DNA of 64,000 nucleotides from Candidatus Multivoradales bacterium (GCA_965248925.1 CBDFLE010000006.1:2912001-2976000); one strand, 5' to 3'. Shown: positions 46,890-57,676, counted from the stretch's first letter. Notes: generated by a model not told the origin, from the sequence alone. Translations and numbers: made by a program.

Positions 46890-48113
46890 GACGGAATCCG
46901 ACCACCGATTCCGATTGAAAGTGACCAGTGATTCCACCGGAATATGACCATCGATTCCGATCGAAAGTGACCACTTTTCCGGGTCGATCGGAATGGGTGG
47001 TCAGATTGGATCGGAATCCTGGCCACGGCGGAGTTCGACGGTAGCGCGCTCCTCACAATTGGGGTATTCCAGCCTCCTTGAAAGGAGGATTGGATGCCGA
47101 GAGTGAGGACATCGATGCGCAAGATACGCGAGGTACTGAGACTGAAATGGCAGCATGGCCTGTCGCACCGCCAGATCGGACGGTCGGTTCGGCTGGGCCA
47201 CGGGACGGTGTGCAACTACCTGCTGCGAGCCAAGGTTGAAGGCCTGAGCTGGGAGCAAGTAGCAGCTTTGAGCGACGCTGAGCTGGAGCAACGCCTGTAC
47301 CCTCGGCCGCAGCCGCTTCGGAGGGGTGGTCAGCGAGCCTTGCCCGACTGGACCAAGGTGCATGGCGAGCTGAAGAAGAAGGGCGTAACCCTGTCGCTGC
47401 TGTGGCAAGAGTACCGGGAGGACCATCCCGACGGCTACGGTCTCAGCCGCTTCTGTCAGCTGTACCGGATCTGGGAAGGGCGCCTGGATGTGTGCCTGCG
47501 CCAAGCCTACCGGGCGGGCGAGAAGCTGTTCGTCGACTACGCCGGACAGACCGTGAGGGTGATCGACCCGGCGACTGGCAAAGCGCGCGAAGCGCAGATC
47601 TTCGTGGCGGTGCTGGGGGCGAGCAACTACACCTATGCCGAAGCAACGTGGAGCCAGGGCCTGGAGGACTGGATCGGCTCTCATGTGCGGACCTTCGCGG
47701 CTCTGGGCGGGGTGAGCGAGCTGGTGGTGCCGGACAATCTGAAGAGCGGCGTGACCAGCCCGTGCCGCTACGAGCCGGAGATCAATCGCACCTACGCGGA
47801 GTTGGCCGAGCACTACGGCGTGGCGGTGGTGCCGGCGCGGGTGAGGAAGCCCCAAGACAAGGCGAAGGTCGAAAATGGTGTATTGCAAGTGGAGCGCTGG
47901 ATTCTGGCCCGGCTGCGTAACCAGCAGTTCTTCAGCCTGCGAGAGCTCAACGAGAGCATCGCGAAGCTTCTGGTCGAGCTTAACGACCGTCCGCTGAAGG
48001 TGTTGGGCGTCTCGCGCCGAGCGCTGTTCGAGCAGGTCGATCGTCCTGCTCTGGGTGCTTTGCCGCGCCCTGTTCAGGGTGCCACCCAAGTCGTACTCAC
48101 CTGTTTTCAATAG
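46890..48113 (+). mobile_element. Truncated IS21-family (IS408-like) element
   Basis: Reiterated end motifs CCGAT(T/C)GAAAGTGACCA at 46911 and 46957, then partial istA and no istB. Confidence 0.85.
47094..48113 (+). pseudogene. istA: IstA transposase truncated at about aa 324
   Basis: MRKIREVLRL, GEKLFVDYAG, VPDNLKSGV and DKAKVE are present. The C-terminal domain is missing. Confidence 0.85.
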
Positions 48114-48199
48114 TTTACGATGCATGAAGGTGAGGTGGCGGTCCAATTCGCTGCACGGCTCAGGACGCTACGCTAGCCGGCCGTAGCGTGCGTCTGCCG

Positions 48200-48228
48200 C
48201 ACGAAAGCCCCCCGGCCGGGGGGGCTTG
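48200..48228 (-). terminator. Intrinsic terminator
   Basis: AAGCCCCCC...GGGGGGCTT hairpin followed by Ts on the minus strand, downstream of 48266-49846. Confidence 0.65.
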
Positions 48229-48265
48229 GGCGCCTCGTCGGGAGACTCCGTCGTGGGCAGCGGGG

Positions 48266-49846
48266 CTACTTGTAGAGGTCTTTGTAGAGCCCGCCGCCGG
48301 GGCAGAAGTAGGTGAAGGCGTAGACCGGGCTGTCGCGGTCTTTGAGGATGCGGTTGCAGACGAAGCAGCATTGTGGCCGGTTGACGCAGTCGCAGCCGGG
48401 GCAGTTGGTGACGATCTTCTCGGAGTGGTTGACGGTGGCGAACCAGTCGAGGTCGCCAGGCTCGGGGCATTGGGGATTCTTGCGGGTATAGTCGTCAGCA
48501 AGGATCTTGACCATGCCGGGTTTCTGTACCCAGGTACCGAGGCCTGTGGAGTAGCCGTGGCAGTTTTGAGCCACGTCAACGTTGCCATCGGTGAACGAGT
48601 AGCCCTGGTATTTCCAGTCCCAGTAGGCCTTCACTTCGGCGCTGGTGATTCCGTTGATCGGGTAGTTGTTGACGATATGTACATGCTCGAAGCGGTTGCC
48701 GGCGCCGGTGTTGTGACCGTCCCAGCCTTGGAGCTGCGGTAGCCAAACCTTGCCGTGGTGGCCGTTCTGCTGCATGTTGACGCCATTGCGACGGAACAGG
48801 ATCGGGCCGCCACTGGGGACGTCGAGTGGGTTGTTCTGCAGTGCTTTTATCTGCGCCGGCGGAAGCTCGAAATCGGCACCGTAAAAAGCTCTGTGGACGG
48901 CCTCCAGCTGTACCCTGTCGAGGTCCAGCAGTTCGAAGCTACGCAGCACTCGGCTGTCGTCTGCCAGGCGGGCACCGAGACGGTAGGCCAGGTCGGTCTG
49001 CCAAAACTCGGCATCGTAGGGTAACAGGCGGTGTTTGACCAAGTTCTTGCTGGCGCGCAGTCGACCCTCTAGGCCGGCAAGTTTCGAGTCCGCTGCCACG
49101 GCTTTTCTCTGGGTGGCGGCGAGGAAGTGCGCGTTGCCGACAATGCCGGCTCGACCCAGGGTGATCTGGCGCAACTCTGAATGGGCGGCCTTGGCGGTCG
49201 CCGCGCGCGACCGAAGCTGCTCGACTTTCTCGGGAGAAGCGTGCTCAGCAATCACTTCGGTTTGGCCGAGAAGGCCGGAAATCACGTTCAAAGCTCCCCA
49301 GGCCAGGGTGACGCCGCGCACGGTCGGTGAGCGAGTCGAGGTGTCTGAGATTCGCAGGTTGAGATGCTGTTCGCTTCCCTCTTCCATCTCTGCCATTCGT
49401 GACGCGAAGGTCTCGGCGTGGAGGTTCTCGTAATACGACAGGTACTTCCCCAGCAGCCATCGCTGCTCCTTGGCCGGCAGCCGGTCGAGTTCTTCGAGCA
49501 CCTTGGCGACGCGGCGGTTGCTAAGGATGTAGCGCAGGTCATCAAGCTCGGTGGCAATCCACGACTGGATCGAAGGACCTGGATTGTAGTAGCCGTCGAC
49601 CCAATGGAGGTGGAGCAGCGAGTCCTCCAGATTCTCGTTGCGGAGTTCCTGGATCACGCCCCCGACCCTGTACATGAAATCGTCATTGTGGGGCGATGGA
49701 ATGCCGCTGCCCAGTGGGCAGGCGTCGATGAAGTCGTCGACTGGAACGATCAAGACCGAGGTGCCGGCAGCTGCCGCGGGGCCGGCGAGCGTCGAGAGCA
49801 CGAGGGCGGTGACTAGCTGGGACAGATTTGCTTTCCCCTTCGGCAT
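48266..49846 (-). CDS. Secreted protein with a Cys-rich, possibly papain-like C-terminal domain
   Basis: AGGAGG RBS, signal peptide, and NCHGYS...GDL...HSEK with many Cys. Confidence 0.7.
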   Translation of the reverse strand: MPKGKANLSQLVTALVLSTLAGPAAAAGTSVLIVPVDDFIDACPLGSGIPSPHNDDFMYRVGGVIQELRNENLEDSLLHLHWVDGYYNPGPSIQSWIATELDDLRYILSNRRVAKVLEELDRLPAKEQRWLLGKYLSYYENLHAETFASRMAEMEEGSEQHLNLRISDTSTRSPTVRGVTLAWGALNVISGLLGQTEVIAEHASPEKVEQLRSRAATAKAAHSELRQITLGRAGIVGNAHFLAATQRKAVAADSKLAGLEGRLRASKNLVKHRLLPYDAEFWQTDLAYRLGARLADDSRVLRSFELLDLDRVQLEAVHRAFYGADFELPPAQIKALQNNPLDVPSGGPILFRRNGVNMQQNGHHGKVWLPQLQGWDGHNTGAGNRFEHVHIVNNYPINGITSAEVKAYWDWKYQGYSFTDGNVDVAQNCHGYSTGLGTWVQKPGMVKILADDYTRKNPQCPEPGDLDWFATVNHSEKIVTNCPGCDCVNRPQCCFVCNRILKDRDSPVYAFTYFCPGGGLYKDLYK

Positions 49847-50025
49847 GAGTTTCCTCCTGAGATACGCGCGAGCGCTAACCGCGATCGCCTGAGTCCGTTA
49901 TCTTGGCTATACTTCTTGAAGGAGTCGCCCCAGTTGTCGATTGGCCCTAGCCAGGCCCGTCCATTCAGTTTGGTGTATACTCCGTCGTTGGTACCTAACT
50001 AGACGGCTCGCATTGGAGGCTACGG

Positions 50026-50511
50026 ATGTCTGGACGCTCGATTCGGTGGATGGTTTTGGCCCTGTTTTTCAGCTTGGTGGCTGTGGCAGCGACGGCGCAG
50101 GTCTATACGGTGACGCTGCATAACGGCACCACCTTTGAGAGCCGGTATGAGCCGGAGGATGCAGGTTTCAGCGAAGACGTGGTGATTCTGGCCACTGACC
50201 AAGGCAACTGGATAGCACTGGACAAGGCCGATATCGCCGACGTGGTCTCGTCGGTCGAGGACAGCGGTTTTGGCTATCAGCTCGACACCACGACGGTGGT
50301 CATCGGTTGGTCGCCGAACGATCTGGTGACCGAGAACGAGGACGGCGAGATTGTTTCCGAGTGGGGCTTCATCGACGACCCGGTGGAGGGTGGTGGCAAC
50401 TACTCGTTGGAGCAGTTCATCAGTCCGCCCGTAGTGGGAACCGGACTATCGGCTGGCGGGCTGCCGATAGTCTACGTCAACCAGAATTCCGGTGGCGGCG
50501 GCGTTCGATAG
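50026..50511 (+). CDS. Secreted hypothetical protein
   Basis: GGAGG RBS, signal peptide, acidic. Confidence 0.75.
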   Translation: MSGRSIRWMVLALFFSLVAVAATAQVYTVTLHNGTTFESRYEPEDAGFSEDVVILATDQGNWIALDKADIADVVSSVEDSGFGYQLDTTTVVIGWSPNDLVTENEDGEIVSEWGFIDDPVEGGGNYSLEQFISPPVVGTGLSAGGLPIVYVNQNSGGGGVR

Positions 50512-50604
50512 CCCGTCTCTGAGCCAGCCAAACTTGGTGACCGCCTTTCCCGCTCGTCGGGCAGGCGGTCGACGTGTTTCTGGGCCATTTTCTCGACTCG
50601 GTGA

Positions 50605-51390
50605 ATGACTCCCGTGCTGCTCTACCGCATTGCCCCTGAAGGCTTCCTCGCCGCCACGGATCCCGATGGCGAGCTGCGTTGCTTGCACTCCGACCCCTTT
50701 ATCGACGCACCGTCGAGCTGGCGCTTTGGTCGGCCGGTGCAACTGGAGCAAGCGGCGATGTTGGTGCCGGTGATGCCGGGCAAGTTGGTGGGGGTGGGAC
50801 GCAACTATGCCGAGCACGCTCGCGAGCTGGGCAATGCGGTGCCCGATCGGCCGCTGCTATTCCTCAAGTCCCCTTCTTCGGTCATCGGCCCTCGGGCCAG
50901 CGTGGTGCTGCCGCCAGAGAGCGAACAGGTGGAGTTTGAAGGCGAAATCGCGGTGGTGATTCGCCACCGCCTGCGGCGCGCTAGCCCGGCCGAGGCTGCC
51001 GCTGGCGTGCTCGGCGTGACCGCTGCTTGTGATGTCACCGCCCGCGATCTGCAACGTCGCGAACCGACTTTTGTCCGCGCTAAGTCTTTCGATACCTTCT
51101 GTCCGCTGGGGCCAGCTATCTTGGTGCGGCCTGACTTGCGGGAGCTGACGCTCGAGACCCGGCTCAATGGCCAACTGCGCCAACGGAGTAGCGTAGCCCA
51201 GATGCTCTTTCCTTTGGCCGAGCTGCTGGCCCATATCTCAGCGTCGATGACGTTGGAGCCCGGCGATGTGGTACTCACCGGTACTCCGGCCGGGGTTGGA
51301 TTGCTGGCGGACGGCGACCGGCTGGAGGTCGAAGTAGGGGGTGTGGGAGTGTTGGAAAATACGGTGCGAGCTTGGGAGCAAGGGCCGTGA
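50605..51390 (+). CDS. Fumarylacetoacetate hydrolase family protein
   Basis: GRNYAEH, FLKSP, FEGE, DVTARD, KSFDTFCPLGP and GDVVLTGTP. Confidence 0.95.
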   Translation: MTPVLLYRIAPEGFLAATDPDGELRCLHSDPFIDAPSSWRFGRPVQLEQAAMLVPVMPGKLVGVGRNYAEHARELGNAVPDRPLLFLKSPSSVIGPRASVVLPPESEQVEFEGEIAVVIRHRLRRASPAEAAAGVLGVTAACDVTARDLQRREPTFVRAKSFDTFCPLGPAILVRPDLRELTLETRLNGQLRQRSSVAQMLFPLAELLAHISASMTLEPGDVVLTGTPAGVGLLADGDRLEVEVGGVGVLENTVRAWEQGP

Positions 51391-51611
51391 GCCGGCTCCG
51401 GGTCAGTCGCCCGGCGATAGCCGGAGTGGTGGTGGCGGCGATCGCATTCTTGGTGTTCTACGAAATCCGCGGCTACCCCTGGCTGCTGGCCAGCTTGGCC
51501 GGCCTAGCGGTCGGCCTGCAACCCTATGCTGCTTGGCGGGCCATCGACGAGATTCGGGCCGCGGTTGCTAGCTTGGCCCCACCGCCGGAAATGGACGACC
51601 AAGACGGCTAA
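51387..51611 (+). CDS. Small membrane protein
   Basis: Two TM segments and a GTGA overlap. Confidence 0.55.
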   Translation: MSRLRVSRPAIAGVVVAAIAFLVFYEIRGYPWLLASLAGLAVGLQPYAAWRAIDEIRAAVASLAPPPEMDDQDG

Positions 51612-51637
51612 GATGGAGGGCCGGCGGTGTGCTGGGC

Positions 51638-51811
51638 TCAGGTAGGCGGGCGCGGTTCTTCGCCGGTGGTTGTGGAATGGTCTCCAGTGTTGCCCAAACG
51701 GCGCCAAGGAATGAGAATCAGCGTGGCGAGCAAGAAAAGATGCACGCCGCCAGCGAAGACAAAACCAGTGAGCAGCAGCACAAGCCAGACCGAAAAAGAT
51801 GCGGCTGCCAT
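51638..51811 (-). CDS. Small membrane protein
   Basis: Hydrophobic 57 aa with a GGVHL motif. Confidence 0.45.
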   Translation of the reverse strand: MAAASFSVWLVLLLTGFVFAGGVHLFLLATLILIPWRRLGNTGDHSTTTGEEPRPPT

Positions 51812-51922
51812 GGTTAGGCGAGTTTGAGAAGACATTGTCACGGCGAAAGCTTAGCAGAGCCTCCGAGCAGCTCTGCGGTGCGGTGGTGGAAGTGGTTCGC
51901 AAATTCGACCTTGGAGGAGTTA

Positions 51923-52399
51923 ATGCCAGTCTTTGAATACCGATCGATGCTGCGGCATTCGCTGCCGATCCTCTCTCCGCTGTTGGTTATCGTGGCCTGT
52001 AGCAAGCCGGCTCCGGTTGCTGGGGATGGCCCTCTAGAAGTGGTCGATGTCGAACCAACGGTTGAAATCACCTCGGTGGACGACCCGCAGGAGCAGCGCC
52101 GAGCACTCGCGCTCAGCGGCGTGCTACCGGATCGCTTTCCCGACGGTTTGCCGCTGCATCTGCCGGCTAGCGTGGTCGATATCTCCACCGCCTCCGAGGA
52201 CCAACAGGCGGTAACTTTGATGCTGGATCAGCCGCCGTCGACGGTCGAGGAGGCGCAGCTGGAGTTGCTGCGCTCGGCGGGTTGGACAATCAGCCCGGAA
52301 GCAAACGGCGGTTGGCTGCTGGCTCGTGGCGAGGTGCGGGTGAGGATGGCAATCAAGAGGGGGGATGTAGGCACCCAGCTGCGTTTCGAGTATCGCTGA
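51923..52399 (+). CDS. Putative lipoprotein
   Basis: GGAGGAG RBS and lipobox-like IVAC. Confidence 0.7.
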   Translation: MPVFEYRSMLRHSLPILSPLLVIVACSKPAPVAGDGPLEVVDVEPTVEITSVDDPQEQRRALALSGVLPDRFPDGLPLHLPASVVDISTASEDQQAVTLMLDQPPSTVEEAQLELLRSAGWTISPEANGGWLLARGEVRVRMAIKRGDVGTQLRFEYR

Positions 52400-52454
52400 G
52401 AACTAGCCTATGCCGTGGCTCTGAGACCACGGCTCGGCTGGATGGGAGAAGTAG

Positions 52455-53441
52455 ATGCGTGCATTGTTATGCCGAGAGTTCTCGGGCCTTGACGGGCTGT
52501 CTCTTGAGACGGTCGCAAGTCCATTGCCGGATTCAGGAGAGGTCTTGCTCGACGTCCGCGCTGCGGGAGTCAACTTTCCCGACCTACTCATTATCAGCGG
52601 CAAATACCAGTTTCGCCCACCGCTGCCGTTTGTGCCTGGCGGCGAGTGCGCGGGAACGATCGCTGCTATCGGCGCAGAGGTCGAAGGCTTTGAGCTTGGC
52701 CAAGCGGTGATGGCGACCTCGTTGGTGGGAGCCTTTGCCGAGCAGATGGCGGTGCCTGCCGGCGCCCTCCAGCCGTTGCCGGCGGCTCTTGATTTTGCTA
52801 CCGCCGCTGGGGTGTCGGTCACCTATGGCACCTCCTACTACGCCCTCAAGCAGCAAGCTCGGTTGAGAGCTGGTGAAACCCTGCTGGTGCTCGGCGCCGC
52901 TGGCGGAGTGGGTATGGCGGCGGTGCAGATTGGTAAGCAGATGGGGGCGAGGGTGATCGCCGCGGCGAGCAGCGCCGAGAAGCTCGATGCAGCGGTGGCA
53001 GCGGGTGCCGATCTGGGCATCAACTACGCAGAGCTTGACGCCAAGCAGCTCAAAGAGAGCATCAAGGAATTGACCGATGGCCAGGGAGTCGATGTGGTTT
53101 GCGACCCGGTCGGCGGGGCCTTCTCGGAGGCGGCTCTGCGGGCCACGGCTTGGAACGGCCGTTTCTTGGTGATCGGCTTTGCCTCGGGTGAGATCCCTAA
53201 GGTGGCGCTGAATCTGGCGCTGCTCAAAGGGGCGCACATCATCGGCGTCTTCTGGGGTACTTGGGCGCAATGCGAGCCAGCCGCCTCGCGGCAGAACTTG
53301 GCCGAGTTGCAAAAGATGTTCACTGCCGGCCAGCTGATCCCCCGAGTCACAACTTATCCACTGGCCGACTTCCGCTCGGCCCTGACTCTGCTGGCCGAGC
53401 GGCGAGCGCTGGGCAAAGTGGTGCTGGAGATGGGCGAATAG
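52455..53441 (+). CDS. NADPH:quinone oxidoreductase (MDR family)
   Basis: AAGVNFPD, GKYQ.RP, LGAAGGVG, DPVGG and IGFASG. Confidence 0.95.
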   Translation: MRALLCREFSGLDGLSLETVASPLPDSGEVLLDVRAAGVNFPDLLIISGKYQFRPPLPFVPGGECAGTIAAIGAEVEGFELGQAVMATSLVGAFAEQMAVPAGALQPLPAALDFATAAGVSVTYGTSYYALKQQARLRAGETLLVLGAAGGVGMAAVQIGKQMGARVIAAASSAEKLDAAVAAGADLGINYAELDAKQLKESIKELTDGQGVDVVCDPVGGAFSEAALRATAWNGRFLVIGFASGEIPKVALNLALLKGAHIIGVFWGTWAQCEPAASRQNLAELQKMFTAGQLIPRVTTYPLADFRSALTLLAERRALGKVVLEMGE

Positions 53442-53561
53442 TCTCGTTACCCTGGTTTTACCTTGAAATCTCGGAGTCTGATGCCCAGATTTCAAGGCAG
53501 TGGTCAACGGCAGGTTCTGAACCAGTTGGCAAGGTGAAGTCGATTTCTAGTAGGAGATGAA

Positions 53562-54377
53562 ATGCAGATTGAAGGCAGGGTTGTGTTGGTTACCGGCGCT
53601 GCGAACGGCATCGGTCGCGCACTGGCCGAGCGCTGCCAACGCGAAGGCGCGGCGGGTGTCGGCGTGGCGGATCTCGATGGTGCTGGTGCACGGCGAGTTG
53701 CCGAGGCGATCGGCGGGCTGGGGATCGAGGTCGATGTTGCGGACGAGCATGCCATCCGCCGGGCGGTGGCGGTCACCGAACAGCGTCTTGGTCCGATCGA
53801 CTTGCTGTGCTCGAATGCCGGCGTGGCGTTCTCTGACGCGCCGGGGTGGATGGCGACTTCGCAGACCAACCAGCAGTGGGAGAAGATCTGGAAGATCAAC
53901 GTCATGGCCCATGTCTGGGGAGCCCGAGCCGTGTTGCCGGGAATGATCGAGCGCGGCGCCGGCTATCTGCTGCAAACGGTCTCGGCAGCTGGCTTGCTAA
54001 ACCAAATTGGCGATGCCGCCTACTCCACCACCAAGCACGCTGCTTTGGGTTTCGCCGAGTCGTTGGCGATCACCCACGGCGAGCAAGGAATCGGCGTCTC
54101 TGTGCTTTGCCCGCAAGCGGTGCAAACGGCGATGTTCGGGGGCGGCAATGATCCGCAGATGAAGCCGTTGGCCGACGCCGCCAGTGGCGATGGGGTGCTG
54201 TCGCCGGACGAGGTCGCCGCCATGGCCGTTGCTGGGTTGGCCGAGGAACGTTTCTTGATCTTGCCTCACCCCCAAGTCCGCAAGTATCTTGGTCATAAGG
54301 CGACGGACTACGAGCGCTGGTTGAAGGGAATGCGGCGCATTCGCCATAGCTTATTCGGTGACCAGTCCTCGAGTTGA
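53562..54377 (+). CDS. Short-chain dehydrogenase/reductase
   Basis: TGAANGIG, SNAG and YSTTK. Confidence 0.95.
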   Translation: MQIEGRVVLVTGAANGIGRALAERCQREGAAGVGVADLDGAGARRVAEAIGGLGIEVDVADEHAIRRAVAVTEQRLGPIDLLCSNAGVAFSDAPGWMATSQTNQQWEKIWKINVMAHVWGARAVLPGMIERGAGYLLQTVSAAGLLNQIGDAAYSTTKHAALGFAESLAITHGEQGIGVSVLCPQAVQTAMFGGGNDPQMKPLADAASGDGVLSPDEVAAMAVAGLAEERFLILPHPQVRKYLGHKATDYERWLKGMRRIRHSLFGDQSSS

Positions 54378-54427
54378 AAACCAGGCTAGTGCCGAAGGAC
54401 GGCTTGGCGGGTCTCGGGTAGAGGCCG

Positions 54428-56806
54428 CTAGCTGGGTGGTGATACTTCGGAGTGGCGAGCCGCTTGCAACTCGCGCACGGTGTCGAGCAGCAGAGCTCGG
54501 CGGAAGGGCTTTTGCAGTAGGCGGTCTGCTGGCGAGTCGCGTAGACGGTCGGCGACTTCTTCTTCGGCAAAACCAGTGGCTACCAGAACTTTGACCCGTG
54601 GATCGAGCAGCCGTAATTGGCGCAAGGTTTCGCCACCGTCCATACCAGGCATCCGCAGATCCAGCACCACGACGTCGAAGTCCGGGGTGCGACTGTAAAT
54701 GGCCAGCGCCTGATGGCCGTTCGAGGCACTTTCGACCTCGAATCCGGCGCTCTCCAGCATCCGCCGGAGAATAGTCCGTACCGCACTCTCATCGTCGACG
54801 ATCAACAGCTTTCCACCCTCTTCGGCGGTGGGTGGCAGTGGTTTTTGTGGGGTCTCGACCGGGGCTTCACAGAGCGGTAAGAAAACGCGAAAGCGGCTAC
54901 CGCGATGCTCTTGGCTGTCGATGGCCAAGCCGCCTTGATGGGATTCCACCGCGCCCAGCACCGCCGCCAGTCCAAGACCCCTTCCCTGGGGCTTGTTGGT
55001 AAAGAAAGGATCGAAAATTCGCGCTTGTACCGCCGCCGACATACCGGTTCCGCGATCTCCGACTTCGAGGCAAGCCCACTTGTTGGCGATGCTCGCTGGC
55101 CGTACCACCAAGCCGGGCAAGTCTTGGATTTGTTGCAGTCCGAGCAGCGAAGTGTTCAGCCAAACCTCGCCTTTGCTGCCATCATAGGCATCTGAGGCGT
55201 TGGCCAGCAGGTTCATCACCACCTGCTGCAGTTGGGTTGGGTCGACCCGCACCGGCAATTCCTCGCGGTACAGCTCGAAGCTCAGCCGGATGCCGTAGCC
55301 GAGTCGACGGCGCATCAGCCGAGCGGCCGAGCGTAACTCTTCGTTGAGGTCAACGGTCTGCCGGCGAAATGAGCCCCGGCCGGCATAGGTGAGCATCTGA
55401 TGGCAGAGGTCGGCGGCGCGTTCAGCGCCTTCGGCAGCCACTTCCAACTCCGGTCGGGTTTCGGCATCTTCTGGCAAGAGGGTCAGGGCGTAGTCGATGC
55501 CGCCCAAGATACCCACCAACAGATTGTTGAAATCGTGGGCGATGCCGCCGGCCATGATGCCCAGGCTCTCGCGCTTATGAGCCAGGGTGAGTTCGTCCTT
55601 GAGTTCCCGCTGTTGGCGGTTCAACAGGGCCTGGGCGAGCAGGCTGGCAATCTCGACTAGCTGGCCGCGCTCTGTCTTGAGCCACTCTCGGGGCTCACCA
55701 GCCTCGAGCCGTAAGAGGCCGGCGGTACGCCCGGAAGCGCGAATCGCCACGTAGAGTTCACTGCCTTGCCGGCGATGGGGTTTCGCGGGATTGGCGCTCA
55801 GTGGGCCGACGGCCGAGGAGCGTTCCTCGAGTTCTTCAAACAGTGTTGCCGGCTCGCCGGCCGGAAATTGTTCGCTCCGTTGGTGGCTGGCCACGCTCAG
55901 CTGATAGCGGTCGATGCAGGTCGGTTCGGGGTCATTGGGGCCTTGCAGCCAGACCTCGGTGGCGAGGATCTCAAGGGCGTCGGCTACCTTTTCAGTAGCG
56001 AGCGCCACGGCGGCGTCGAAATCGCCGCGATGAAATCGCTCGGCCGTAGCCAGTTCGATGATCACGTCTTGCAGCTTCCGCTGACGGGTGATGTCGCGGC
56101 TGGTGACCACCACGCCTTCGACTTCGCCGTCCGACCCTCGAACCGGTTGCGCCAGAACCTCCATATAGCGTCGTCGTCCGTCGGCAGTAGCGACCCAGGC
56201 TTGAACCTCGTTGTTGTCGCCAGCAAAAGCCGGGTCGAGAATTGGGCGGACGATGTTTTCGAAGTCCTCGACGCCGTGCAAGTCTTGGCAAGGGTGGCCG
56301 ACAATCTGCTTGCGCACTTTGCCGAACATGCGTTCGTATTGATCGTTGACCGCGCGATAGATGTAGCCGCGTCCAACTAGTGAAATCAGTGCCGGGGTCG
56401 AGGCCAGCATGGTCTCGTAGCTGCGGCGCAGCTCGCTCAAGCGTCGGCTGTCGCTCAGGTCCCGCAGCGTGCTCTGGATCATCATCTCGCCATCGATCTC
56501 GATCCGCATGGCGGTAATTTCGGCTGGAAACTGGCTACCGTCGCGGCGTTGACAGGCGATCTCGAACTGCAGCACGGCGCGCTGGCGCAGCTGTTCGAGG
56601 AAAACCATGGCTTCTGCCCGATCCTCCACGGCATGTAACTCGATAAGATGCAACTGCTGGTCGTCAAGATCAATCTGCAGGAGTTCGCGGCAAGCCCGAT
56701 TGGCGAACAGCAGAGTGCCTTGGTCCGACACCAGGACCACTGGAGTAGGGCTGTTCTGAATGAGCTTCTGGAGAAGACCGTTGGCCCGGAGCATGGGAGC
56801 AAGCAT
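54428..56806 (-). CDS. PAS/GAF hybrid sensor histidine kinase-response regulator
   Basis: Two PAS domains, a GAF-like region, AHDFNNLL, G1/F/G2 boxes and a receiver (DD, D, KP). Confidence 0.95.
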   Translation of the reverse strand: MLAPMLRANGLLQKLIQNSPTPVVLVSDQGTLLFANRACRELLQIDLDDQQLHLIELHAVEDRAEAMVFLEQLRQRAVLQFEIACQRRDGSQFPAEITAMRIEIDGEMMIQSTLRDLSDSRRLSELRRSYETMLASTPALISLVGRGYIYRAVNDQYERMFGKVRKQIVGHPCQDLHGVEDFENIVRPILDPAFAGDNNEVQAWVATADGRRRYMEVLAQPVRGSDGEVEGVVVTSRDITRQRKLQDVIIELATAERFHRGDFDAAVALATEKVADALEILATEVWLQGPNDPEPTCIDRYQLSVASHQRSEQFPAGEPATLFEELEERSSAVGPLSANPAKPHRRQGSELYVAIRASGRTAGLLRLEAGEPREWLKTERGQLVEIASLLAQALLNRQQRELKDELTLAHKRESLGIMAGGIAHDFNNLLVGILGGIDYALTLLPEDAETRPELEVAAEGAERAADLCHQMLTYAGRGSFRRQTVDLNEELRSAARLMRRRLGYGIRLSFELYREELPVRVDPTQLQQVVMNLLANASDAYDGSKGEVWLNTSLLGLQQIQDLPGLVVRPASIANKWACLEVGDRGTGMSAAVQARIFDPFFTNKPQGRGLGLAAVLGAVESHQGGLAIDSQEHRGSRFRVFLPLCEAPVETPQKPLPPTAEEGGKLLIVDDESAVRTILRRMLESAGFEVESASNGHQALAIYSRTPDFDVVVLDLRMPGMDGGETLRQLRLLDPRVKVLVATGFAEEEVADRLRDSPADRLLQKPFRRALLLDTVRELQAARHSEVSPPS

Positions 56807-56900
56807 AGCGGAGCGTGTCGTTCACTGGGCGATTTCGCAAGGTATCATTCGTTGTAGATCGCACTATTGCCTCTTGAGTGCGCCCGGAGAGTTTCCTTAG

Positions 56901-57668
56901 ATGACGGATCAGATCGACTTTTCCCTGACTGGCAAGGTAGCCGTCGTGACCGGCTCTAGCCGTGGTATTGGCGCCGCTATTGGCCGAACTTTGGCGGCAC
57001 ATGGCGCCACGGTAGTTTTGACCTCGCGCGACCAAGAACGACTTGATGCGGTGGCGAGTTCTATCGCAGAAGAGGGTGGCGAGGTGGTGGGTGTCGCTTG
57101 TCACGCCGGTCGTAGCGATGCCATCGAGGCGCTATTTAACAGAGTTCGAAAGCTCTACGGCCGATTGGATGTGTTGGTTAACAATGCCGCTACCAACCCT
57201 TATTACGGTCCTCTGGTTAACGCTCCCGAATGGGCTTTTGACAAGACCGTGGCAGTCAATCTCAAGGGCTATTTCTTGATGTGCCAAGGGGCGGCGCGGG
57301 TGATGCTCGAGCAGGGCTCGGGGTCGATTATCAATGTGGCCTCGATCGTCGGCTTGTCGGCGGCGCCACAGCAAGTGATTTACTCGATGACCAAGGCTGG
57401 AGTCATCAGCTTGACCCAGGGCTTGGCCAAGGAACTTGGGCCGAGCGGCGTGCGGGTCAACGCGATCGCCCCGGGCTTGATCGAAACCCGCTTCGCGGCC
57501 GCCTTGATCGAGGACAAGAGCCGCCATGGAGAACTTCTGGGGGCGACTCCGCTGCGACGTCACGGACAGCCGCCGGAGATTGCCAGCGCGGCGCTCTATC
57601 TGGCTTCCGATGCGTCGAGCTTTACCACCGGTTCGGTAATGGTGGTCGACGGCGGTGTCACCGCCTGA
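56901..57668 (+). CDS. Short-chain dehydrogenase/reductase
   Basis: TGSSRGIG, NNAATNP, YSMTK and APGLIET. Confidence 0.95.
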   Translation: MTDQIDFSLTGKVAVVTGSSRGIGAAIGRTLAAHGATVVLTSRDQERLDAVASSIAEEGGEVVGVACHAGRSDAIEALFNRVRKLYGRLDVLVNNAATNPYYGPLVNAPEWAFDKTVAVNLKGYFLMCQGAARVMLEQGSGSIINVASIVGLSAAPQQVIYSMTKAGVISLTQGLAKELGPSGVRVNAIAPGLIETRFAAALIEDKSRHGELLGATPLRRHGQPPEIASAALYLASDASSFTTGSVMVVDGGVTA

Positions 57669-57676
57669 GCCGTCAC

